A stretch of 64,000 bases of DNA from Magnetococcales bacterium HCHbin5. Its GTDB lineage: Bacteria; Pseudomonadota; Magnetococcia; Magnetococcales; Magnetaquicoccaceae. This document shows positions 8,661-16,466 of this stretch, piece after piece. Both the position numbers and the translations under genes were made by a program. The notes beneath the pieces are model-generated. The model searched no databases, was not told where the DNA came from, and was given only the letters and a program-made list of their open reading frames with translations. The stretch is from positions 47,785 through 111,784 of the forward strand of contig PEAG01000004.1 in assembly GCA_002753505.1 (NCBI GenBank), written 5' to 3'. How positions within the stretch are numbered: position 1 is the first letter of the stretch; each line of letters begins with the position of its first letter.

Positions 8661-9458
8661 TCATCTCAACGCTGATGGGCTTTGGTCGCAATGGGCGGCC
8701 TGGATAACCTGTTGCCACTCCGCCAGAGAGACAAAGCGATAGTGGGCCTTGTCCGCCGCTTGCAAAATGGTGGGCAGAGCCCGCAGGCTGGCAGCCCGGC
8801 TGCTGTGAAAAAGCAGAATGGCACCCGGATGGAATCGCCGAACCACATTGCCGGCCACGGTGGTCGCGCTGTCACCGGCCCAGTCCCTGGAATCGATGGT
8901 CCACAACAGGGTACCCATCCCATGCGCCTGGGCCGTTTGCACAACCGTGTCATTGAAATCGCCATACGGGGGACGAAACCACTGCAACGTGATGCCGAGC
9001 GACTGCATGAGCTGCACACCCTGCTGAAAATCTGTCGTCAACCGGGCGCGGGAAAAGCCGCTCAACAGGTGGTGCCGATAGGCGTGATAGGCAATTTCAT
9101 ATCCTTTCGCCCGCATCTGTTCGACGATGGCCGGCATCGCCCGCGCCCGCTCGCCCACATAAAAAAAGGTTGCTGGAATGGCGCGTGGCTCCAGCACTGC
9201 CCCGATGGCCAGATCCCTTTTGTCGGGTCCGTCGTCAAAGGTGAGTGCCAGGATCCGCTGCTCCGGACGGGAGAGACAGTCCGGCTCCATCGCCAACCCG
9301 CTGCCCGGATAAAGGTAGCGGGTTTTGAAGGGCATCCTGCCCCGTTTGGCCAAATGGCGGCTCTCTTTGGAGGGACCATCGGCCGCCAGAACGGTGACTG
9401 CACTCCAACAGAGCAGAACCGACACCCCCACCAGCCGGACAATCCGTCGCTTCACCAT
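8661..9458 (-). CDS. polysaccharide deacetylase (NodB homology domain), secreted
   Basis: Start chosen at MVKRRIVRLVGVSVLL (signal peptide, AAGGA SD). NodB motifs LTFDDGP and HAYRHH. It begins 13 nt after the M50::HlyD gene stop. Confidence 0.8.
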   Translation of the reverse strand: MVKRRIVRLVGVSVLLCWSAVTVLAADGPSKESRHLAKRGRMPFKTRYLYPGSGLAMEPDCLSRPEQRILALTFDDGPDKRDLAIGAVLEPRAIPATFFYVGERARAMPAIVEQMRAKGYEIAYHAYRHHLLSGFSRARLTTDFQQGVQLMQSLGITLQWFRPPYGDFNDTVVQTAQAHGMGTLLWTIDSRDWAGDSATTVAGNVVRRFHPGAILLFHSSRAASLRALPTILQAADKAHYRFVSLAEWQQVIQAAHCDQSPSALR

Positions 9459-9471
9459 GGAAAATCCTTTG

Positions 9472-11589
9472 TCAAAAACCGCTCTCCTGCTGATAAACAG
9501 CCTGTATGAGTTGCCACCACCGGGACAACAGACTGACCGGGGCGGTCTGCAACCGGAGTATGCCACGGGTCACCTGCTGCAGCGGAAACGGCTGTTCCAA
9601 CTCCAGGTCAAGCCGATAATAGGAACCCTCCACCACCTGTTTGCCATCCTTCTGTGTGCGGACCGGGATGGTGCCACCCTGCACCGAGGCCAGATAGGGG
9701 GAGGCGAGTACCCGGGTGGGGGTTTGATCCATCCGCACCACCCGACCCGGCAAGGGGGGGGTCTGCGGCAGATCCGGATAGAACAGGCCACGGTCGCCGA
9801 CCTGGATCCGCTCCCGATCCGCCGCCGCTACATATCCTTTGACCAGCGGCTGGGTTCCCCCGATCACCGTCAGCAAGGGCTCATCCTTGGCGACCCAGTC
9901 GCCCGGGCGGAGATCACGGGCCAGATCCACCACCTGGCCTGCGAAGGGGGCATGGATGTGGAGTTTTTTCTCCTCATCCCGCAGAGCCTGCTCGGTGGTC
10001 AGGGCGGTGGCCAGATCCTGCTGCAGCACCGGCTCCTGCTCCATGGGGTCCGTCTCCATGCTCTGCATGGCCAACCGCCAACGCAACAGGACAATCTCGC
10101 GCGCGGTCTTGTCCAGCCGGTAGTGCAGCTCAGGGTTGTGCAGGGTCAGCAACCGTTCACCCGGGGCCACCTGTTGGCCGGATGCCACCTCCAGTTGGGT
10201 CAGTTGGGCGGCGGCGGGGGCATAGATAACCATCTGTTCCGTGGCCTGCAACAGACCGGCGGCCTGGGGGGCGTTATACTGTGCGGGCAGTGCCAGGGCA
10301 ATCAGCAGCAGGCTCAACAACAGGGTTGATCTCAGCATCGCTCGGTTCCACAGCAAATGTTTTCGCAACCTGAACCATATCATCCCCTCTTGTGCCACGG
10401 GACGCAACAAAAACCAGCCGATCTCCAGACTCAACAGCAACAGCCCCAGCAGCTTGAAAAATTGGTGGTAGACCAGCAGGGCGATACCCAGGAACAGCAG
10501 CAGTCGATAACACCAGACCGCATAGGCAAAGAGGAGCAAAAAACGCCGCAATGGTCGGGAAAAGGCTTCAGGTGGTGGCACGCCCCACCCGAACAGCCAC
10601 TCCCGCAACTGCCAACGCCCGAGCCGGAAGGCGCGCTGTTGCAGATCCGCGATTTCCAGATAGTCCGACAGCAAAAAATAGCCATCAAAGCGCATCAACG
10701 GATTCAGGTTGACCGCCAAAGTCAGCAGCCAAACGGCACTGGCCAGCAAAAAGGCGGCACTCCGCAACGGGCCATCGGCCAAAAAAACCCAGGCCAGGGA
10801 GGCAAAGGCCGCCAGGGCAACCTCTGCCAGCATACCCGCCCCGCCGACCACCAGACGGTGGCGACGGCTGCTCAGTGTCCAGACGTCGCTGGTATCGGTA
10901 TAAAAGACTGGCCACATGACCATCCAGGCCACGCCAACGGTCGGCACCCGGCAACCATAGCGACGGGCCGCGTAGGCATGACCCAACTCATGGACCGCCT
11001 TGCTCACCAGCAGAGTGGCCCCATAACAGAGCAGGCCGAAAGGGGTGTAAAATTGCGGCAGGCTGCTGGTAAACAGCTCCCATTGGCGCGCAATCAGGAA
11101 CAGGCTTGTCAGGGCGACCAGCAATACCAGTGCGACAAACCAGCCGCTGAACAACCCATCCACCAGGGGTAACGTCCGCCGCAAAAAACGGTCCGGGTTC
11201 CAGATGGGGATGCGCAAAAACAGATAATGGTGCAGCAGCCATCGCCAGAGGCTCTCCTGACGGCTGCGCTGCGCGGTCAACAGGCGGTTGTGATCAGCGG
11301 TTGAAACCGGCATCAGCAGGTGGCTTTGCTGCAGGCGTTCCAACAGTTGCACCACAGCCGTTGGCTCTGGATGCCAAGTGGTTTCCGCCCCGATGGCGGC
11401 GGCGATCCGGGTCGGGTTGGGCAACGACCAGCGGGAGAGGATCTCGAACTCCTGCCAGCCTATGCGAAAAAATCGATTGCTGGCAGGGTCGTGCAGGGTC
11501 CAGGTGGGGGAACCGTCCCGGGCGGGCGGTCCCGCATGCAACGACAGATCTTCCCGCAGTGGTGGCAGTGGCTGCTCCCGAGGATCCAT
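9472..11589 (-). CDS. site-2-protease (peptidase M50) domain fused to a HlyD-type membrane-fusion domain, with a possible PqqD-like N-terminus
   Basis: Start set at MDPREQ (ATG 11589), 5 nt after the upstream stop. The 830-aa ORF extension overlaps the upstream gene. M50 motifs HELGHAY and NLNPLMRFDGY lie within multiple TM spans. The C-terminal third has lipoyl/barrel-sandwich HlyD features (IHAPFAGQVVDL...GDWVAKDEPLLTV). Confidence 0.75.
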   Translation of the reverse strand: MDPREQPLPPLREDLSLHAGPPARDGSPTWTLHDPASNRFFRIGWQEFEILSRWSLPNPTRIAAAIGAETTWHPEPTAVVQLLERLQQSHLLMPVSTADHNRLLTAQRSRQESLWRWLLHHYLFLRIPIWNPDRFLRRTLPLVDGLFSGWFVALVLLVALTSLFLIARQWELFTSSLPQFYTPFGLLCYGATLLVSKAVHELGHAYAARRYGCRVPTVGVAWMVMWPVFYTDTSDVWTLSSRRHRLVVGGAGMLAEVALAAFASLAWVFLADGPLRSAAFLLASAVWLLTLAVNLNPLMRFDGYFLLSDYLEIADLQQRAFRLGRWQLREWLFGWGVPPPEAFSRPLRRFLLLFAYAVWCYRLLLFLGIALLVYHQFFKLLGLLLLSLEIGWFLLRPVAQEGMIWFRLRKHLLWNRAMLRSTLLLSLLLIALALPAQYNAPQAAGLLQATEQMVIYAPAAAQLTQLEVASGQQVAPGERLLTLHNPELHYRLDKTAREIVLLRWRLAMQSMETDPMEQEPVLQQDLATALTTEQALRDEEKKLHIHAPFAGQVVDLARDLRPGDWVAKDEPLLTVIGGTQPLVKGYVAAADRERIQVGDRGLFYPDLPQTPPLPGRVVRMDQTPTRVLASPYLASVQGGTIPVRTQKDGKQVVEGSYYRLDLELEQPFPLQQVTRGILRLQTAPVSLLSRWWQLIQAVYQQESGF

Positions 11590-11594
11590 CCCTG

Positions 11595-12965
11595 TCACAG
11601 TCCCAGCAGCTGACGGGCGGCCGCCCATGGGCGGCGCAGCAGATAATGAAACAGCCGCACCGGGGCACCGATCAGTTTGGCGGTACCCCGCAATCCCAGA
11701 CGGGGCAGCGGCTCTCCGGCGGCAAAACGGGCCCGCAGGGTATAGGCCAACACCCCTTCCGGGGTCAGGTCGGCCTGATAACTGGCATAACGGAGCTGAG
11801 CCGCCAGGGTCCGGGAACCATCGGTGGCAGGGAACAGGGTGACGGCGGTGCCCGGTTGCAACAGGATTGCGTCCGCAACCGGCAGCCGAATTTCCAACTC
11901 CACCTGCGCCGGGTCCGCCAGCACCATCAGCCGCTCTCCCACATGCACGGGCCGCCCCACCCAATCGTTTTCATCGCTGTAGACCGCGATCCCATCCCGG
12001 GGAGCCACAACCGTGACCCGTTCCAGTTGGGCGCGAATATAGTTTAAATCGGCCTCCTTCTGCTGCACCCGGCCTCGCAGCAGAGCCAGTTTGGCCTTGC
12101 TTTTCGGCTCCTGCAACGCCCCCTGTACCGCTTGCCGGTACTCTGTCTGTGCCACCTCCCACTCTTTGCGGGTGATCTCCAGCCGATTGGTCAGTTGGGT
12201 GGTGTCCAGATTGAGCAACACCGCTCCGGCTTGCACGCTTTGATTGGGCAAAACATGAAAGGCGTCCACCACCCCGTCCAGTGGGGCCCGGATCACGGCC
12301 GGCTGGAAGGCCACCACCTCGGCCGGAGCCAACACCGACTGTTGCACCGGTATCGACAGCAACAGAGCAGCCAACAGCAGCCCAAACAGGGCAACAGTGG
12401 GCGGCCGCTGTGCCCACAGCCGATCCCGCAGCCGGTGTCGCGTCAACAATCCCCACCAGGCCGGAGCCATGGTCAATCCGAGATGGGCCAGCAACTGCTG
12501 TTCCGCTTCGGACCAGGGCTCGGCCCGAACCAGCAACAGTCCACCCAGCCAGTGGGGGGGAGCGGTCGACGGGCTGTTGCCCGGCAACTGCAAGGGCAGC
12601 CAGAGGGCATGCTCCGGCAACCATGCCTGCCAGGAGGCGGCCATGGCCGCCGGCAGTTGGTCGGCGGTGAGGGTTGTCCGGGTGGGATGCTGGCTGGAGA
12701 GATGGCGCAGCAGGCTGGTAAGCCATTGGATATAGGGAGCCTCCGGGTTGACCACGGGCAGGCCGGAGATGGCGGTGATTGTTCCCCGTTCGCCCCCGGG
12801 AGAGAGCTGCCACAAGGCGGCCTGCCGATAGGGGAGCAGATGGATCAGCGCATTGACCGCCAAAAAGCCAAATTCGGCTGCGGTGGGTGCCGTCAGCAGC
12901 TTTTGTTGCAGATTGAGCAGGGCGGCAATGGTGGCCTGGGGATCGGCAGTGGCCTGGGGAACCAT
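11595..12965 (-). CDS. HlyD-family membrane-fusion protein with a GAF-like cytoplasmic N-terminal domain
   Basis: About 175-aa soluble N-terminus, one TM (TVALFGLLLAALLLSIPV), then HlyD features (VIRAPLDGVVDAF...coiled coil...VVAPRDGIAVY...VHVGERLMVLA). Confidence 0.7.
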   Translation of the reverse strand: MVPQATADPQATIAALLNLQQKLLTAPTAAEFGFLAVNALIHLLPYRQAALWQLSPGGERGTITAISGLPVVNPEAPYIQWLTSLLRHLSSQHPTRTTLTADQLPAAMAASWQAWLPEHALWLPLQLPGNSPSTAPPHWLGGLLLVRAEPWSEAEQQLLAHLGLTMAPAWWGLLTRHRLRDRLWAQRPPTVALFGLLLAALLLSIPVQQSVLAPAEVVAFQPAVIRAPLDGVVDAFHVLPNQSVQAGAVLLNLDTTQLTNRLEITRKEWEVAQTEYRQAVQGALQEPKSKAKLALLRGRVQQKEADLNYIRAQLERVTVVAPRDGIAVYSDENDWVGRPVHVGERLMVLADPAQVELEIRLPVADAILLQPGTAVTLFPATDGSRTLAAQLRYASYQADLTPEGVLAYTLRARFAAGEPLPRLGLRGTAKLIGAPVRLFHYLLRRPWAAARQLLGL

Positions 12966-12981
12966 GGTGAGCCTCGCTGGG

Positions 12982-13749
12982 TCAGCGGCTAAAGTTGAGA
13001 ATGACCTGACCGCTCATGCCCGGGGTTAACTCTGGAAAATGGCCAATGATTTCACCGGTCATTCTGACCAGCTGATTGACCGCATCGATTCGGGCCCCAA
13101 ACCCGACAATTTTGGCGGGATAACTGTTGCCGGTTTCGTCAACCCGCAGCAAAAAACGGTCATCCTTGTGGTAGTGTTGCAACCAGCGGGAAGGAATGTT
13201 GACCGTCAGCTCGAGGGTGGCGGGGTTATGAATTTCCATCACCAGCTGTCCCGGCTTGACATACTGATGCTCCTGCACCTCCAGCCGGACAATCTGGCCA
13301 GGAAACGGGGCGATCATCTGACAGCTTTTCAGCTCGGCCCGGATGATGGCAAACTCGGCCTGGGCTTTGGCCGCCTCCGCCTTGGCGTTGGTCAGCTCCA
13401 GCTTGCTGCTCACGTTGAGTTGGTCCAGCCGTTCCAGCATGGCGGCCTTGTCGGCCTCCGCGTCCACAATGGCCTTGGCCCGCAGCAGTTTGGCCTGTTG
13501 CACGGTACAATCAAACAGGCCCAGCGTGTCTCCCGCCTGGAAAAAGGCCCCTTCCCGAAAGGGCAACTGTACCAGACGAGCCCCTATTTCGCTGGAGAGG
13601 GTGGTAAACTGTTTTGCCCGCAGTTCGGCCCGCAGCTCCGGCCCGGCTCCCGCTACCCCTGCTGGGGGCGGAGAGAGGGGCTCCTCGGCCCCCAACAGGC
13701 CGATACTGCCCAGGCAACAGAGCGCGATCCTCCAGACGATCCCTCTCAT
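12982..13749 (-). CDS. short HlyD/RND-adaptor-type periplasmic membrane-fusion protein
   Basis: Signal peptide (IALCCLGSIGLLGA), a lipoyl-like motif (LPFREGAFFQAGDTLGLFD) and a second half-motif (MIAPFPGQIVRLEV). The ATG overlaps the OMF stop (ATGA). Confidence 0.75.
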   Translation of the reverse strand: MRGIVWRIALCCLGSIGLLGAEEPLSPPPAGVAGAGPELRAELRAKQFTTLSSEIGARLVQLPFREGAFFQAGDTLGLFDCTVQQAKLLRAKAIVDAEADKAAMLERLDQLNVSSKLELTNAKAEAAKAQAEFAIIRAELKSCQMIAPFPGQIVRLEVQEHQYVKPGQLVMEIHNPATLELTVNIPSRWLQHYHKDDRFLLRVDETGNSYPAKIVGFGARIDAVNQLVRMTGEIIGHFPELTPGMSGQVILNFSR

Positions 13750-16322
13750 CGCTGTTCCCCCGTCGGCTGTGCAGCCGGGGAGAGCGCGGAGAGTCGTGCT
13801 GTCGGTCGGTCGTCTGTTTTTTCAGCCACAATGCGCCAATATTTCTCCTCTTTTCTGAGTTGCAACGTTTTGCGCTTTTCCCATCTTTCGTTGGCAGTAT
13901 TGAAAACGATGCGCACAAAGGCGGTGGCCTGGCTGTCGGACGCCACCTCGATGGCCACCTCGGCCAGATTGACCTGCACCCTGGTTGCGGGGTTCAGGAG
14001 GGTGGTGTAGGCCTCCATCCACTGGGTCCGATTCCAGCCATTTTCCGGCAAAAACTGCTCCGAATAGAAGGTCAGGAAGCTCTGGGCATCCTGACGGGCC
14101 CAGGCATCCGCCCACTCCTTGACCATGGTTCGCACCGCCTCTTCCAGCCGTACCGGTGGGGCAGGGGGGGGGGCCGGTGCGGCGGCCGAAAGAGAGTTGG
14201 CGGGCGTGCGGGACGGTACCGGCTGGGCGGTTGCCTCCCCCTCCTCGATCAAACTTTGTTCTCCCTCCGTACTCTCCCGGCTCGGCTTGTTCTGCCTGGC
14301 TGCGGGGGGGGGTGGAGCGGCTGGCTCCGGTTGGGCGTTGCGGACCGCTGCCACAGGGGGGGGCTGGACGGCGACTGTTGGTTGCACGGCGACCGCTGGC
14401 TGCTTGTCCGCCGCTGGCTGCCTGTCCACCGCGGACTGTTTGTCCATGGCCGCCATCGCCTGACGAACCAGTGCATCGATCTCCGCTTGTTTGGGGATAT
14501 TATCCGGGGCAACAGTCGGCTTTTGCGCTGCCTGTGTCGCCGGCAATACCGGTGAGTGTCTGCCGCTCTTCCGGTCGGGTGGGGTGAAAAGGCTCTCCAT
14601 CTCCCGATTCAGAGCCTGATCCGCGGTCGGATTCAGCCGACCGGCTGCCAAGCCATCCGCTGGCGTCTCCATCCGGGGCGGCAGGGAGATTCCCTCCTGC
14701 CATGCCATCACCGACTCCCGGATGGATTGGCTCAAGAGTGGCAGCGGGGCCTCCTGGCTGGCGGTGGGCAGCAGATCCACCCCAAGGGAGACAAAAATCA
14801 TGCCGATGGCATTCTGGAGCTCCGCGTAGGCCTTGTTGCGCTGCAATTGTGACATGATGGCACGGGTGGCGGCCCGGATCTGTTCCAGACGGTTCTGGTT
14901 GGTACTGCCGGCATCCAGGGCCAGATTTTCCTGTATGCGCTGGTCCACCGCGCTTATGTTGCTGAAGCTTTCCAGTCTGCGATTGGCATCCTGATATTTG
15001 CGGTAGCTGATATGAACCTGGGACAGGATCGCCATGTTGAGTGCCACCCGCCGCAGCTGACTGAGAATGGCCTGGTTGTCTGCCAAACGGATGGCGGTGG
15101 GGCCGGCGACCAGCTTCATCAGGTTGCCGGTCACCTGCAGGCCGGCATCCTGCCAATTGGAGTCCATGGCAAAGGAGTTGCTGTCATAGTGGCTGGCTGT
15201 CTTGAACTCCAGTCCTGGCAACATTCTCAACAGGGCCTTGCGGGTTTCGGCGGCACTGATGCGGGATTTGTACAGCTCCATCCGCAATTCCGGTCGATTC
15301 ATCAGGGCCAACTGCTCCATCTCTGCCACGGTGGCCCGGATCGGTGTTACCGTCAAGCTGTTTTCCGGTGGAATGTTCAACTCAAAATCGGTGCCCGGGG
15401 GCAGATTGATCAACAGGGCCAGATTTTTTTTGGCCAGTGCAAGCTCTTCCCGCAGGGTCTCCAACTGTTGCACCACCTCCAACAGCTCCCGTTGAAACCG
15501 CATCATCTCCAGTTGGGGCCGCAGACGCTCCTTTTCCACCTGGTGCGCCACCGCCAGGGCAACCCTGGCCTCTTTCAGTACCGGCTCGATACGACCTTGC
15601 AACTGTTGGGCACTGGCAGCCCGCCAATAGGCGGATTGCACCTCCTGGAACTGGCTGTGGGCCAGTTTGCGCCGGTTCTCCTCTGCCACCAGCACCCGGT
15701 CGGCCGCCTGCTTGGCCTGAAAATAGCTGACACCAAAGTCAAGTACATTCCAGACCAGGCCCAAATCCGCATACTGTTTGTCCCGATCCTGGGAGGTGGA
15801 ATAGCCGGCAGAGCTGGTTTCGGTCGTCAACGAATAACCGCTTGCGGCCTCCACGCTGCTGCGACTGTCAAAGCCGGCCTTGGCGGCCAGGCGCGGCAGC
15901 AGGTCATAGTTGGAGAGATCCACCTCGGTCAGGGCGACCGTTTTTTCCAGTAAATGGACCCGATAGTCCAGATTATATTTGATGGCCCGCGCCACCGCCT
16001 CGTACAGATCGATCGGCTGCGACACAGGCTCCTGGGCGGCGCGTACCGCCTGTTGATCCGCCTGCAACACGGCCGTCAGTTCTTCGGTCGTCAAGGGGTT
16101 GGGGGCGATGGTGCAGGCCAGCAGACCCAACAGGGAGCCTCCCGCCAAAACCAGCCGCAGACCAACGCGCCTGCCAGCAACCGGTCGCTTGGGCAGGCCG
16201 CGTCCACTCGTCCACCGGACAACCGGGCGAAAACAGCGGTTGCACAGGGCACAATAGTGTTGGAAAGAGGAAGGAGGCATGGAGTCTACTGGCAACGGGT
16301 TAAAAGGCGAACCAGGGCGCAT
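13746..16322 (-). CDS. TolC-family outer-membrane factor (lipoprotein-type) with a Pro/Ala-rich linker and a C-terminal NTF2/Cds6-like domain
   Basis: Lipobox LLGLLAC. Two OEP-type repeats with coiled coils (QAVRAAQ...YLPRLAAKAGF...). After about aa 560 comes a Pro/Ala/Gln linker (QPAADKQPAVAVQPTVAVQPPPVA), then VKEWADAWARQDAQSFLTFYSEQF...YWRIVAEK. The exact start is uncertain (16322 or 16280). Confidence 0.75.
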   Translation of the reverse strand: MRPGSPFNPLPVDSMPPSSFQHYCALCNRCFRPVVRWTSGRGLPKRPVAGRRVGLRLVLAGGSLLGLLACTIAPNPLTTEELTAVLQADQQAVRAAQEPVSQPIDLYEAVARAIKYNLDYRVHLLEKTVALTEVDLSNYDLLPRLAAKAGFDSRSSVEAASGYSLTTETSSAGYSTSQDRDKQYADLGLVWNVLDFGVSYFQAKQAADRVLVAEENRRKLAHSQFQEVQSAYWRAASAQQLQGRIEPVLKEARVALAVAHQVEKERLRPQLEMMRFQRELLEVVQQLETLREELALAKKNLALLINLPPGTDFELNIPPENSLTVTPIRATVAEMEQLALMNRPELRMELYKSRISAAETRKALLRMLPGLEFKTASHYDSNSFAMDSNWQDAGLQVTGNLMKLVAGPTAIRLADNQAILSQLRRVALNMAILSQVHISYRKYQDANRRLESFSNISAVDQRIQENLALDAGSTNQNRLEQIRAATRAIMSQLQRNKAYAELQNAIGMIFVSLGVDLLPTASQEAPLPLLSQSIRESVMAWQEGISLPPRMETPADGLAAGRLNPTADQALNREMESLFTPPDRKSGRHSPVLPATQAAQKPTVAPDNIPKQAEIDALVRQAMAAMDKQSAVDRQPAADKQPAVAVQPTVAVQPPPVAAVRNAQPEPAAPPPPAARQNKPSRESTEGEQSLIEEGEATAQPVPSRTPANSLSAAAPAPPPAPPVRLEEAVRTMVKEWADAWARQDAQSFLTFYSEQFLPENGWNRTQWMEAYTTLLNPATRVQVNLAEVAIEVASDSQATAFVRIVFNTANERWEKRKTLQLRKEEKYWRIVAEKTDDRPTARLSALSPAAQPTGEQR

Positions 16323-16466
16323 CGGTCAGTTGTGAGTAAAGCAAAGAAAGTGCCATATATATCCGGGTCGTAAAATTATTTTTTTACCCGGCAAGCCATC
16401 GTGTGCCATAATGGTGCTGACAGTGGTGGTGCGGTTGCGTTGTCCGGCAGTCAGGAGAAAGGTTCC

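Noticed and set aside
11590-11964. 125-codon N-terminal extension of ORF 9472..11964.
   Set aside because: It overlaps the 3' end of the upstream HlyD gene in another frame and is Gly/Arg/Pro-rich with no features. An ATG at 11589 lies 5 nt after the upstream stop.
16401-16466. Upstream extension of the giant protein ORF (MCHNGADSGG…).
   Set aside because: The ATG at 16467 has a well-spaced AGGAGA, and the extension has no signal or family features.
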